A stretch of 64,000 nt of DNA, from NCBI GenBank assembly GCA_000004985.1, contig GG738847.1; one strand, written 5' to 3'. This document shows, one piece after another, positions 1 to 12,394 of this stretch. The number at the start of each line of letters is the position of its first letter. Positions within the stretch are counted from its first letter, which is position 1. Made by a program: the position numbers and the translations under genes. The notes beneath the pieces are model-generated. The model had not been told where the DNA came from. It worked only from the letters and a program-made list of their open reading frames with translations, and did not search any database. The DNA is from Naegleria gruberi. Its lineage: Eukaryota.

Positions 1-134
1 GTTGCTAAGAAAACAGGCAGCAATAAATGATTACTCGTTAAAACATATTTCCATTCAGAGAAGGTGATTGGTTTTGTCGGTGTGAGGAGATTTGTTATCA
101 TTTTTTTGGACTTTTTATTGTACACATCAATTAT

Positions 135-913
135 TTACAATTCTCTTGTTTTAACTTGTCTATCAATTTTAGCAAGAGGAGTGGTTGGTGTTGCCACTGT
201 TAATGGTTTCTTTGTTGTCTTGATTGAGTTCAACAAGTCTCTTACGAATTGTGGATTTCCCCAATCATCATCTTGTTCAAGTTCATCCAATGGATATGAT
301 AAAACTCCAGTTAAAAGAGAAAGATCTAGACCTCTATCGTCATATTTCATATTAAGGAAGTGATGAAGAGTGGCTTTTGTGGATTGATCGAGTTCTTGAA
401 GGGTTTGAACTTTTTGAGATGCATACTCCTCAGGTGCTTCAGCAACAGAACCTTCCATTCCATTTCCACCTACTTGATCCAATGAAGGAATGAAAGCTCC
501 TTCTTCATCCTCTACATCCAATGGTCGAGGAACATTTTGAAATAAATAAGAATTATCTTGTTGAGTTTGCTTTCTATATTCCGATTAAGAAAAACAATCC
601 AAAATTCATAAACCTACTCTACGTTTGCTGTTGAGTTTTTTCCGAAAATTCCCAACAATTTTCTTCCTCCTTTTTGTTCTTTTGTACTCGTAGCATCCTC
701 ATCCTCTTGCCAACCTTTTTTCAGCAATGAATTATCTTTAGCAAGAGTGATTGGTGGTGCTGAACCACCATCATCCTCTCCATCATCGTTGGCGTTCTTT
801 TGTTCCTGAAGGTACTTTCTTCTTCTACTTAAAACACTTCCGATATTACGATCTTTAACCTTTGTTGCTCCTTCGTTTGGGTTGACGGCATTTTCATCAG
901 CAGCTAACGACAT
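135..913 (-). CDS. Hypothetical acidic protein, predicted 2 exons: complement(join(135..573,618..913)). Intron 574..617 is 44 nt, GTAGGT...TATAG.
   Basis: Track ORFs 614..913 and 135..521 on the same strand join in frame through a 44-nt intron with a canonical donor and acceptor. ATG at 913..911. No family recognised. Confidence 0.4.
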
Positions 914-998
914 TTTTTTTTGTAGTTAAGAAAGGCGCCAATTTGCACAAAATACAACCAAAGGAAATAACAGTTTTACAACAATTTCAATACTCTAT

Positions 999-3018
999 TT
1001 ATTTTCTCTTGACAGTAGTACTGGTTGTTGGAGGTTTTTTACCTCTGAGAGGTGTAGCTGATTTTGCAGGAGCTTTCTTTTTCGGTGTTTGCTTTGGTTT
1101 TGAGCTCGATTGAGGTTCCTCAGCTCTTTTTCTGCACTTCCTTAGGGTTTTTATAATGTCGTCAATATTTTCTCTATCGATATTTCTTTGAATATCCATA
1201 CTGTGAAATCTTTTGGAATTGACCTTCTTTTTCTCTTCGGTGGGTTCAGACTTTTCCAATGCAGTTCTATTTCCTCCATTAAAGTCGTCGAATATTTTCT
1301 GTTTGAAATTAGATCAATTTGAATTGAAAATTTGTACTTACATATTTACATGATCTTTCTGTGAATAGATCAATAGAATCTTCTCTTTCATCCTCGTCTT
1401 CATCTTCGGTCTCTTCTTTCCTAATTTTAAGTTTTAGCAGTTCAATATCATCCACCTCATCTTCCACTTCGGTTTTTTGAGATGATTCAGAGTCTCCAAC
1501 ACCAATGAATGGTATTAGAACATCAGCATGTTTTGAAAATAGGGCATTAAGTGATTTGTCTACAACAGCAAGATCTTGATCTTGATATTCTACAATGGTA
1601 TGGTTCTTTGAACAACAACCTTTTTGAACAAGAATGCCACTATTAAATTTCAACGCCTTAGCTCCACAACATGGATGCTCTCCTACTATCGTTCCCTTAT
1701 CGAACCTTGCTTCTTTTTTGTGATAGGTACAGTGGCCATATTCAGCAGCAACAAAATTTTGTCTACATTTAGAGCAAAAGTATGAATGGACTAAACTCCA
1801 ACATCTCCAATAAATATCTCTCCAGCTCATTCCTGATTTTTTCAACTTGTACAAATATCCGTCAATATTCCATATCTTGTCCACAGTGTGTCTGGAAATT
1901 GCTCTACCATGAAAATCTACCTGAATTTTTGCCTTCTCACTATTGCACACCATCCATTCATATTGTGATTTGGTAAACATTGTTTGGCAATGTTGACATT
2001 TGTATATTGTAAACTCCTCATCTTCCAATAAATCTTCCAATTTTTTCATAAATAGTTTGCTTAATATTTTATCCTTCTTATCCTTAACATCGTCCAATTC
2101 GTAATCCTTGAATCGTAAAGATAATCTTTCCAATAGATCATGCTGAATACAATCCAAATCAATTGGAAGTTTAAGTATACTGTCAATGTGATCTCGAACA
2201 TAATCTAAAGTTCTCTCAACCAGAGAATCCATTTCAAGGAAATGAGACGATATTAAAATTGAAATAGCCCAGTTCACTTCTAACTTTGGCGCGGAGAGTG
2301 GATCCTTCTTAATGTAATCCATCAACCATTGAAAAATATTTACATCACAGTGGACTGAAATATCAATTTCCTCATTCTTTGCTTTTGGTTGCAATAAATA
2401 ATATTTAAAGTATTTCATTTCATTCATTAATAAATCTCTATTGCACACAAAATCCTTATTCACTTTGTTGGCATCATCATGAACGTGGATTGTAATTTCA
2501 TCAACATTCTTCTTTCTTGGCGATTTGTATTCTGTTGATTGTGTTTGGTAATTTTGATACCCAGTTGGACTTAATGATGAAGGCTGTTGAAATGATCCTT
2601 GAATTGATTGTTGATAGGAATTTGTTGGAGAAGGTTGATATGATGATTGCATCAAATGTTCGGGATACATTACTTCTCCAATAGATGATGAAGTTGATTT
2701 AGTCATTGCATTATCAACGGATGAAGCCACCGAAGGAGCATTATCATAAATTACACTCCCTGTATCAAAATCCTGAGAAATATAATATCCCTGCCTCGAA
2801 TCAACTATTGACTTTCCTTTAATCATTGTTGTTCCTTGTGGCTTCTTTTTTGTATTCACTTCTAAGGGTTTCATTCCACCATTAGATTGTATCGGAAATC
2901 TTTGAGCACTCACGTAGAGGTTATAATCTCCTCCCTCTGGCGTGGCTGTCGTTGTCGTTGCTGTAGGCCCCTTGATGGAGGACAAGTCTTGTCTGAACGA
3001 AGAGAAGCCATTAAACAT
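999..3018 (-). CDS. Hypothetical protein with S/T-rich N-terminus, BTB-like and Cys-rich central region and Lys-rich tail. 2 exons: complement(join(999..1298,1342..3018)), intron 1299..1341 (43 nt, GTAAGT...AACAG).
   Basis: Long ORF 1309..3018 (ATG at 3018..3016) joins in frame to ORF 999..1259 through GTAAGT/AG. The Cys clusters (CxxC...C...H) are zinc-finger-like. Confidence 0.5.
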
Positions 3019-3447
3019 TTTTTTAAATCTAGTATTTTAAAAAACGTACTTAAAAAAGGCGGGAATTCTATGCAAAATTTATACAAATGAGTTGAGTTTG
3101 CAAATTTGCTACTCCTATTAAGATTAAAAACATGCCACTAACCTACATTTGTTTTTTAGAAAATATACGAATCATTAAAATCTCTATTCTATTGAATATA
3201 CAAAACCTGAGGTTCCTCAATAGAAGGAGTTTAAGGACTGTCACTAAGTATAAATTTCATGCTTCTAAATCCAAAGAAATGATAAGGATAGATCTTCTCT
3301 ATACTGTTTCAATTCTTTTCAATAAAAGCTGTAATTATTGCTCCTTACATCTCAATGCCTAGTAATAAGCCAAATTGACAAAGACCAAAAATAGATCAAT
3401 TTTACGTAAAATCAAAAAAAAATGACAACACAACTGAAGATCAAACC

Positions 3448-4691
3448 TTGCCAAGAATTCAAGTTCAACCAGATTGGAACGAAATTCTATCGGAAAAACA
3501 GGTTGGAAGTAAATTTTGGGTGAATATGTTGTATCAAAACAGTTCGGAGAATGTTTATGGATTTTTGAAATTGGATTCGTTAAAGAAGCTTGTCAAGGAA
3601 GGCTTACCTGATTCTGTGGAAATTGCTAATGTGCTTGCCACAAAATCGTTGTCACTCAAGTACAAAGATAATACATATAAATATGTATCTGCTGGAATTG
3701 TGCATCCAACAATTATGAACAAGCATGCTGTTTTGTCATTGGATATTTCTCCTGCTGGCCAATTGGGTGTTAGTGGTGGAAGTGATGGATTGTTGAGAAT
3801 TTGGGAATCTGCAACAGGAGTTGTTAGAGTAAGTATAATTGGAATTAACAACAACTAATATTATTCAGAGAGATTTCAAAGGGCATTTTGGAGATGTAAC
3901 ATGTACAAGATTTTTACCAAGTGGACAAGTCATTATGTCAGGTGCATCAGATTTCCAAATTAAAATTTGGGATTTAACAAATGGTGAATGTGGAGCTACT
4001 CTTAAAGGACATAAGGGAACAATTAATGCTCTTGATTTTATTAATAGGGGTAGAAATTTCATTTGTAAGTAAGAATGATTATTTAATTTTTCTAAATAAT
4101 ATTAAAATAATAGCCTCTTCAAGAGATGGATCTTGTAAGCTTTGGGATTGCGCCTCTCAATCAGAAATCACAACAATTCATAAGGGAACTAGTCCAGTAA
4201 CTGATTGCGCTATTGCTGTAAATACCACCCTCAGTAATTCTAATTCCTCAGCTCTCGATGAAAAAGACTTTGATACCCAAGGTAAAATTGGTGCTTTTGT
4301 TTCGAGCTCTGGCTTGTTACGAGTTTTTGATGTAAGAACAAGACAATCTGTTTTTTCTCAAACCGTAGAACATGGCCTTAAATGTTGTTGTATAATAGAA
4401 GATGGATTTGTTGTGTTGGCTGGATCAGATTCTGGTCACCTAGTCAACTTGGACTTACGTAAAACCTCAAATCAAATTGAAGTTAAGAAATTAGTAGATT
4501 CTACAATTTCCTCAATAACAAGAGATGGGCAATGGTTCTCCACAGTTGATGGAGGTTGTTTCTCTACTACTCAACACTTGGAACTCACTGGAGCAGATTG
4601 TGACCCTATTTACAAAGTTATTTCCTCCACTGATGGAAAGAAGGTCTATACAGCATGCAGAGATGGTAAAGTTCGTCAATATTCAGTGTAA
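3448..4691 (+). CDS. PAAF1: Proteasomal ATPase-associated factor 1 (PAAF1)-like WD40 protein. Exons 3448..3828, 3869..4064, 4114..4691; introns of 40 and 49 nt. The start codon is unresolved.
   Basis: The translation matches the PAAF1 N-terminal RIQxDW motif and the WD repeats (LDISPAGQLGVSGGSDGLLRIWESATG, GHKGTINALDFINRGRNFI, SSRDGSCKLWD). Donors are GTAAGT and acceptors CAG/TAG, and the frame is preserved. There is no in-frame ATG upstream of the conserved N-terminus, because the track start at 3448 is TTG. Confidence 0.7.
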
Positions 4692-4708
4692 AAAGTAATT
4701 GATTAAAT

Positions 4709-6151
4709 TTAATGTTCATGGATTGTCTTGGAAACAAGTAAAATTGAGTCTCTGTTGAATCTAGTGACAAATCTCAATCCATAAATACATAATGGAAGTG
4801 TAAACAGAGCAAACACTGCGAGTATAATATTACCAGGAATCGAGTAAATAAACCAGAACGACCAACCAATATAAACCCAAGATCCTTCATGAATTGAAGT
4901 CATAACTCTCTCACAAAAACCTGTATGTAAAGCATCAGAAGCCTGACATACGATATGTACTATTGGGAATGCTACAGCACAAACAGGAATAAGGAAAAAT
5001 ATCATAGAAATGAAAAATGTAAGTAAAGTTATTGGAATTTTCATGGTAAAATAAAGTACAGCAAATCCAACATCTCTACAAAATGCATACTCGAAGCAAC
5101 TATTGTATGATCTTTTTAAATATTCCCAAATACCTCCTCTACTTTCAGATTGGTTGTCAGTGTTGGTCCTAACAGGCTCCTCCACATTAGTATTCAAGAT
5201 GGTGTTAGTTTCAACTATATTTGTTTGAGGCATTATCATTACGCTCGATCTATTATTACCTGTTGATGCCCTTGAAAGTGGATTATTTGAGTGAATATCA
5301 ACTGATCTTCCTAGCATAGTTCCATAATGTTGATAATAATAAGAGTTGTGAGATGTTGGGGAGTGCATTGAGTCTACAGAATTATCAGAGTCATCAGAGT
5401 CGTAATGGTGGAATGATTCATCCAAATTATTTGTTTGTAAAATTTGTTTCATTGGTGAGGTTGGAGAAAGGAAATCTACACTTCTGGCAGGAGGTGTTTT
5501 GAAATAATAATCTCTTTCTGGATCATAAATTGCCCTAGGATCCTGTGTTGCAAGTGAAATATTGTAGGAACTGAATGTATTGGCAGTATTTACATTTTCA
5601 TTCAGTCTACTTTTCTTAATTGGAGAAGGATTAGCCAAATTGGAATCATCGACCTGAATTAAAGGATTTTCTTCCTCCTCTTTGAAATTAGATCTTGCTG
5701 TCAATGAATGAAATCCTTTGACCAATTGTTCCGTGATATTCACTAATTTGAAACGAGGAGCAATTTTATGATTCATTGCAAGCAAATGTCTTGCTAAGAA
5801 TATTTCTACAAGTACAAAGATTCGTGTCAGCCATGCAACACCTGCAAACATGAACATTCCAATAAATATCGGAGAAAAGGCTGTTGCTATTAGCAATCCT
5901 AAATAAATAGTTATAAAATATAGAAAACTCAACGGAAATGATAATAATGTATGTACAAAAGCAAAATAAGGTCTCCTCGTAAAACATGACTTGATAATAT
6001 GTTTTAAATGTTTACGTATTTTAGATGGTTGTATATAATGAGAGCAAAACCATCCTATCCAAGATTTATCCCTCTTCTTTCTCTCGGGAAAGTAGGAAAT
6101 ATATGTTGCATCAACTAGGCTGGAATTAGATCTCCTCCTAGAACTGGACAT
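4709..6151 (-). CDS. Hypothetical polytopic membrane protein of 480 aa, with N- and C-terminal clusters of TM helices separated by an S/N-rich hydrophilic loop.
   Basis: Single uninterrupted ORF with ATG at 6151..6149 and several hydrophobic 20-25 aa segments. No family recognised. Confidence 0.5.
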   Translation of the reverse strand: MSSSRRRSNSSLVDATYISYFPERKKRDKSWIGWFCSHYIQPSKIRKHLKHIIKSCFTRRPYFAFVHTLLSFPLSFLYFITIYLGLLIATAFSPIFIGMFMFAGVAWLTRIFVLVEIFLARHLLAMNHKIAPRFKLVNITEQLVKGFHSLTARSNFKEEEENPLIQVDDSNLANPSPIKKSRLNENVNTANTFSSYNISLATQDPRAIYDPERDYYFKTPPARSVDFLSPTSPMKQILQTNNLDESFHHYDSDDSDNSVDSMHSPTSHNSYYYQHYGTMLGRSVDIHSNNPLSRASTGNNRSSVMIMPQTNIVETNTILNTNVEEPVRTNTDNQSESRGGIWEYLKRSYNSCFEYAFCRDVGFAVLYFTMKIPITLLTFFISMIFFLIPVCAVAFPIVHIVCQASDALHTGFCERVMTSIHEGSWVYIGWSFWFIYSIPGNIILAVFALFTLPLCIYGLRFVTRFNRDSILLVSKTIHEH

Positions 6152-6619
6152 GATTTTTAAAAACTAATTTTAAATATACGTAATTCAACTATCAAATTAT
6201 TATTATATTATCATTAATTTAAATCGATTTGCAATTTTCCTTCCGATTGTTGGATTGTTGAGCGATGATTGTTGAGAGATTTTTTTTCTATTTTAAAAGA
6301 AGTAACAAAAGTAGTCATCAAGCGAGCTTTCTCTTATATTTCTCTTAGTATTAATTTGTGTATCTTGTTTTCTCATTGTCATCATAAAGCACATATTACA
6401 TTGCCATAGAAAGAGTGCAGAGTTGTGATGGAATTTTTATCAAATAAATCTCAAAGAAAAAATAGCAACAAATCCACAAAAGAAAGGAATTTTTTGTCGA
6501 TTCAATTAATTGATTTTTAAATTCCTTCCAATTTTGTGTTTATTATTCGGATCATCAAATCATTAATTTGATATGATCATCAATATACATTACTACAAAC
6601 AATCTAGATTTAAATAAGA

Positions 6620-9208
6620 ATGAAACGACCAATAACGACTAACAGTGGAAATAATGGTAGAAGTAGTTTGACCCGAAACTCTACAATAATCAACAATAAT
6701 TCTTCGGGAAGCATCATGAATACTTCTACAACTACAAATTTTACCACTACTAGTAATAGCGGAACGAATAATAGTAGTGGAACAATATATTATGCAAATA
6801 ATAGCAATAATAACAATCAGAATAATAGAAATACAATGAATGGAAATGGTACAACCTATGCAAGGCCAACATTCGGAAATCCTGTGCCACCAATGATAAA
6901 TACCTCCAATCAACAAGGCAATTCTAATAACGGAACATCTGGTGCTTCTACATTTGTTCCACCTGTGTTTCACAGGCCCAACCCAGCTCCATCGAATGCT
7001 TCATCTAGTACTAGGCCTACTGGGACTGGGACAGCTACAACTCTAAATGTTGAACGCCAGCAGTTCATTCCACCAAAAAATCAACAATTTCAAAGACCTC
7101 AATATTCAACACCCACAAACACACAAAAACGAATTAATAATATTCCACACTCTGGACTTTCCACCCCAAAGTCTGGAAAAAAGCAGCCTTTGCATTTGGT
7201 GAGCTGCCTAAGTCCTCCTTCAACTCAATTTTCCACACCCAACAGATCTACTCAAACACCAACCACACCTGTACAAACAACCTCAAAGCCTAATCCATCT
7301 TCTTCTTCGACTAATACATCTACTCTATTTCCATTTACTTCCAATTCTAATAATTCTTTCATTTCGAATAATAACAATAGTTTTAACAAACCACCACAAA
7401 CAACATCTCATGCTAGATTTGTAATACCAAATAATTATAAACCTCAGGAACAAGTTTCTAGATTGCAATCTTCTACCAATTTATCAGATTCACAAAAAGA
7501 AAATGAGGAAATTGAAAAATTAAAAGCAGAAATTGAATTACTTAGAGGAAATCTTAATAAGAAAAAATTGGAAAATGAGGAATTAGTGAGTGCCAAAAAA
7601 GAAATTGAGGAACAGCTACTTGCAGTACAATCCAAGATGGAAGAAAATCAACAGGAAAATAGTGGAATGCTTGATGAGGATGATGACTTTTTACTTGCTG
7701 TATTGGATGATATCGATGATGAGAAAACGAAAGATGATAAGTCAACCGAGGAAGCCTCACAAAATTCTCAAAAAAAGGAGACTGAAACAGAAGTCCCAAC
7801 TGAGGAAAAGATTGATAAAACAGATGAGAAGATTATTCCACTTATACCCGAAACAGCACCAAAGAAGATATCTAAAAAAAGAGTTAAATGGAAAAATAAG
7901 AATATAGCAGATCTCCAAAAAGATCCTGATCTTCACAAAGCCCTTTACAAACTATTAGTATATAAGGGAAACAGCGATATCAATCCAATGGATCCAATGG
8001 ATACAGATGAGCTAATTAATGAACCACTTTCGGGTAAATTATGGAAGGCTCACAGAACTATTTCAAATGATCAATCTAAAATGTATTCACTTCTGCCAAT
8101 TTTGAATTCCTATCTTAAACAAGCTAAAGAAGAGCAAGACATTGAATTATTCACATGCACACTGGAAACCATTTTAAAATTAGTATTAGAAAGTGAAATG
8201 TTTAGAATTGCTTTTATTGAATCGTTCTCAGAAAGCATTACAGAACTAAAGAGAAAAAAGACTATCCAAGAAAATGGCTATGCCCAACACCCTTTATTCT
8301 CTAGCACAACCATTATCATTCCAGATGGAAAGAAAAGTTCTGTTAAAGGCAAGCTTAGAGAAAAGAGAAAGTATCTACATAACTATTTAAATGATGTAGC
8401 ATACCAACCCGATTATATATTCGATTCTAATATGGATTCTATATTATTTAACCCTGAAGAGGTTCCATTAATTCGTAATGAAGTATCTGAAACAGATCTT
8501 CTTTCAGATTTATTAGGCTATTTCGCTGGTCTTCCAGATTATTTCAATCAAAGGCAGGTAGATATTCTTTGTACGATATTGGACATTGTTAAAACTCTTG
8601 CCATATGGTCTCCTGAATCAGCCCTGGCGAAATTTAATAATTTGATTGAAAATAGTTTGATGAAACAACCAATCACTATCAAAACCATTTTCTCAAATAA
8701 TAATGTTGAACTGATTCAAAAATCCTTAGAAGTCCTTACAATTCTCGTAAAATCAGAAACCATCAGATCATCATTGCAGAGTAATAATATTCTTACTAGA
8801 GTTTCAGCATTCTTGAATGTTGAAGTAGGAACTACAGAAGAAATGTTACAGTGTAGAAGAATGATTTTAAGACTATTCCACTATTTAGCGTTCCTATGCC
8901 CTGATGGAATATCTTTGTTGAAAGAAAAGCACAACAACAATAATATTGTGTTTGACGCCATGATTCTTCTGCTCAGAAAAGAGCTAGAAAACATTGCTTT
9001 ATTAGAAGATTTTTCTAACGAAAGTGAAAGAATTTATCTGATTAGAGACATTATTGTTCTCTTCAATCATATTTCTCGGTTGAATAGTCCAATACCCTAT
9101 GTTTCGCCATCTCTTAGGTTAGACTATATTTATGCCAAGACTACGATATCAATTATTCGAGAAAAGTCAAATTTCAAGGAGAAGTTCCAATTAGATGAAA
9201 TGAAATAA
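6620..9208 (+). CDS. Large hypothetical protein of 862 aa with an Asn/Ser/Thr-rich low-complexity N-terminus, a central coiled coil (EIEKLKAEIELLRGNLNKKKLENEEL) and a C-terminal helical-repeat-like region.
   Basis: Single ORF with ATG at 6620 and strong compositional bias. No confident homology. Confidence 0.5.
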   Translation: MKRPITTNSGNNGRSSLTRNSTIINNNSSGSIMNTSTTTNFTTTSNSGTNNSSGTIYYANNSNNNNQNNRNTMNGNGTTYARPTFGNPVPPMINTSNQQGNSNNGTSGASTFVPPVFHRPNPAPSNASSSTRPTGTGTATTLNVERQQFIPPKNQQFQRPQYSTPTNTQKRINNIPHSGLSTPKSGKKQPLHLVSCLSPPSTQFSTPNRSTQTPTTPVQTTSKPNPSSSSTNTSTLFPFTSNSNNSFISNNNNSFNKPPQTTSHARFVIPNNYKPQEQVSRLQSSTNLSDSQKENEEIEKLKAEIELLRGNLNKKKLENEELVSAKKEIEEQLLAVQSKMEENQQENSGMLDEDDDFLLAVLDDIDDEKTKDDKSTEEASQNSQKKETETEVPTEEKIDKTDEKIIPLIPETAPKKISKKRVKWKNKNIADLQKDPDLHKALYKLLVYKGNSDINPMDPMDTDELINEPLSGKLWKAHRTISNDQSKMYSLLPILNSYLKQAKEEQDIELFTCTLETILKLVLESEMFRIAFIESFSESITELKRKKTIQENGYAQHPLFSSTTIIIPDGKKSSVKGKLREKRKYLHNYLNDVAYQPDYIFDSNMDSILFNPEEVPLIRNEVSETDLLSDLLGYFAGLPDYFNQRQVDILCTILDIVKTLAIWSPESALAKFNNLIENSLMKQPITIKTIFSNNNVELIQKSLEVLTILVKSETIRSSLQSNNILTRVSAFLNVEVGTTEEMLQCRRMILRLFHYLAFLCPDGISLLKEKHNNNNIVFDAMILLLRKELENIALLEDFSNESERIYLIRDIIVLFNHISRLNSPIPYVSPSLRLDYIYAKTTISIIREKSNFKEKFQLDEMK

Positions 9209-9213
9209 TCCTA

Positions 9214-11189
9214 CTAGTTCTTTTTTAAACCTCTTTGAATCTTTTGTTCTATGAGCAATTTTGCTCCATCAATAACATGATGATATTCAATAGTTCCATT
9301 GGCAACCAAGAACAATCTTCCACCAACTGTTGCTGATTTCTCCTTACATTCAACATTAATTGCAAATGAAAAATTGGATGATTGGAAATTACTAATTTTA
9401 GAGCTCTCAATAACTGTTGATTTTCCTTCCTCAATACTTTCAACAAAGGCTCTGTGATTGAGTTTATCACTACTCTCTCCCCATTGAATTACCACCTTAT
9501 TCAAGAGCTTGTCAAAAAACATTCTAATAACTCTTTGCTTTGCAGTGGTTTTCTTCCCTCTCAAAACAAGTTTCTTTGGTACGTGCATAAACATTCTGAG
9601 TCCCTTTTGTAACACATCAAGATTTATCTTGTTTCTCTCTGTGATTTCCTCTTCTGGTTTTTGATAAAAACCTGATTGATTCTTAATTGGCTCTGGTTCT
9701 GCCAATATCACACCCACTTCAGAAACATTCTTTGCTATTTTTTGAGGGAAATCACTCGTTGGATTCAATTCACCAAGAGATGTATTCAACTCTACACCGT
9801 CAAATATTTGAACGTGAGAATGTGGAGGTCTATAAATGAAAGATCTTCCTTGCAGCAATACAAGGACCTCACTTCTATCCTTATCAGAAACCAAGAATGA
9901 GTATGGATTATCGTCCCTGTACCGTATTGTCAACTTTGTGGGCATGTCTGGATCAATCTCAACATCACCCTCTATATCAGAATATGCATGTGTTGAGAAT
10001 GGCTCTTTTGTCTCTGAATCAACGTGCCTCAAATGATTCGAATAGAGTGATAAAGTATGTGGGAAAAATCTACCTCTCTTATCAATGCCAAAAACTTGGA
10101 AATGATGAAGAGAAACATTAATATCAGGCGTAAATGTAATTGCATTCGGATTCTTTTCAAAGTTAATCTCCTCATCATAATGTTCTCTAAACTCTTTTGC
10201 ATAGTATAATAGACAATTGATTATTTCATTTCTGTCCTTACTTAGAAATATTAACTATTAAGATAATTTTAATAATATTAACAATCCAAGAGTTTTAACA
10301 ACTTACTGTATCCAACTTATTAAATTGAATTCTGAAAAGTCTGAAATTTGTATTAATGTCATGTTCCTCATTGGTATCGAACGAAATCTTTTTCAAATCC
10401 ACAAAGTTTCCTTGTTGAAAGACACGTTTTGAGAATGGATCAAATACAACTATTTCCTTAGTATTGACCTTAATACACAACACTACTCCAATTATCTTCC
10501 TTCCAAAATATATTGAAAAAAAACTTACCTCTCATAAACACTTCTCCCCTCTCAGTGTAAACATAAACTGGCCAACTTGGATGCAAATACAAGAATCCTT
10601 CATCAATTTCATGGAAATCATCTCCAAACTTTTCATTTTCATGAACCAGCACACTTGTTTCTGAATTAGTATTACTGTGATTACTCGAGCTGTTGGATAG
10701 AATAAGTGATCCTTTTGCTTCAAATCGTCCTGGGGTTGCTGATTTGGATTTTCCAATCTCTCCTATTGCTGTCCCTCCAAGTGGATCAATTGCATTTTGA
10801 AAGGTTGCATTTCTAGTGGTAGTAGTAATAAAGTTTGCAGACTTGGAATTTCTGTAACGGTCATTTCTGTCATGTTCTGTTTGTTGTGAATGAATTATTG
10901 AGGAAGGTTGGGCATGTGATATGGAAACTCCAATAGTCGATAATTGATTACGAAACATTGAAGAGGCAGAAGATGATGATGGATAGTGTTGAGGGAAGGT
11001 TTGTTCGGAGGTTCTTCTCATTGATGATTCCATATTTTGCTGTTGATGCTGTTGTTGTGATGCATATGTCGAGGATTGTTGAGGCATTGGTTGTTGTTGA
11101 CGATGCTGTTGCTGGTGGTGAAATTGAGAGAAAAGTGATTGAGGTAGATGCTGAGGTGTACTGTTTGTAGAAGCATAGAAATTGGGCAT
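9214..11189 (-). CDS. Hypothetical Gln-rich protein with a PH-like C-terminus. 3 exons: complement(join(9214..10254,10307..10449,10529..11189)), introns 79 and 52 nt.
   Basis: Three same-strand track ORFs join in frame through GTAAGT donors and AG acceptors, with phases checked. ATG at 11189..11187. Confidence 0.55.
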
Positions 11190-11415
11190 TTTTTTCTGTA
11201 TGTTTTATAACGGATAGTTTTGGACACTTACCTTAATGAATGTTGGATTGAAACGGACGAATTTGCATTACTAGCACTGCTGTAATGAATATGGATTTTG
11301 TGAATGAGTTTATACAAGGTTTTTTATTGAAAGTGGAAGAAAAGTATTGAGGGTGTTTCTCGTATTATTGAGATTGGTAATTGTGTACAAATTTAATCCT
11401 ATTTAACATGTTGAA

Positions 11416-12089
11416 TTATTCTTGCATGGCATCAGCTGGAAGTGTTTGATCTGAGAACAAGTCAACTTCTCTGCTACCATACTTATCTACAACTTTTACA
11501 ATAAATGATGGTGTGTTCAATAAAAGTCTCTTTTGAATTTCAGCAACACACATTCTTAAAACAATCAATGCTTCATTAAGATTCATTCCGTCCTTGTAAT
11601 GCTTGTCAAGAATTGACAATGTAAAGTAAGATCCGTAGCCATGAGCTCCATATTTAACTTCTTGCATACTTGAAAGATAATCGATATAATATAATTCAGG
11701 TTTAGCTCCTAATTATCCAATGGTAAATATTAAAATATTGATCTCAACTCACCTTCAATATCATCAACACCTCCGACCATAATATTGGTTTGATATGGAC
11801 CACTACGAAGGGCTTTAGCTAATTCTTGTCTCACAAAGTGTGCACTAGCTTTCACTGACAAGTTTGTATCATTTCTTAAACGGTACAAGTTCAAATTCTT
11901 TGTGATGAATTCGACAAATTGAACACGATCTCCTTGTTCTCCTTGAGCAGCAATAAGAATATTTTGATTTGGTACAGCTGTTATTTTGTCCTCAGTATCC
12001 TTCATCAAAATGATCGAGAATGAAGCTGTTGTATCAGCTGCCAACAAGGTGAAATCCTTTCCTTTCAATCCAATAACTGTGTCTCCCAT
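11416..12089 (-). CDS. PSMB2: 20S proteasome subunit beta-4 (yeast Pre1 / human PSMB2 family). 2 exons: complement(join(11416..11708,11753..12089)), intron 11709..11752 (44 nt, GTGAGT...TTAG).
   Basis: The translation aligns along its length with yeast Pre1 (KPELYxIDYL, YGAHGYG, SFVRQELAKA). The splice restores the conserved KPELYYIDYL segment. Confidence 0.85.
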
Positions 12090-12394
12090 TTTTCTAGTTG
12101 TATGATGTGTTTGGTGTTATACAATTTTTTTAAATTTATTTTTGTTTGTTGTTCTATTCTTATCCATACTTTCCAAGCTTTTAAATTTTCTTCTCTCATC
12201 AAGTCTAAAGAGTGAAGCAAATCAAGACTTTTATGTTTAATGAATATTGCAATATTCAGGAAGCTAGCCAACATGTTTAATGATAAAAGTAAATCTTGGA
12301 TTGTACAGTACCATAGAAGCATAAATAGCACAGAGTAATTAATAATATAACAAAATTTTAAAATATTTTAAAATTGAATTTTTTGAACTAAAAA
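12090..12394. promoter_or_regulatory. Divergent 305-bp intergenic region between proteasome beta4 (- strand) and eIF3m (+ strand), a presumptive bidirectional promoter.
   Basis: Head-to-head ATGs at 12089 and 12395. No specific motif identified. Confidence 0.3.

Noticed and set aside
64-363. Various track ORFs antisense to or overlapping larger genes (for example 64..363+, 1782..1976+, 5766..5987-, 7444..7907, 23155..23890+, 31660..32542+, 34413..34935).
   Set aside because: They have GTG/TTG starts or lie wholly inside better-supported genes on the other strand. Their low-complexity translations are typical of antisense reading of biased coding sequence.
12065-12331. 88-aa ORF inside the proteasome/eIF3m divergent promoter.
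   Set aside because: It overlaps the proteasome gene start, has AT-rich non-coding-like composition and no homology, so it is probably spurious.
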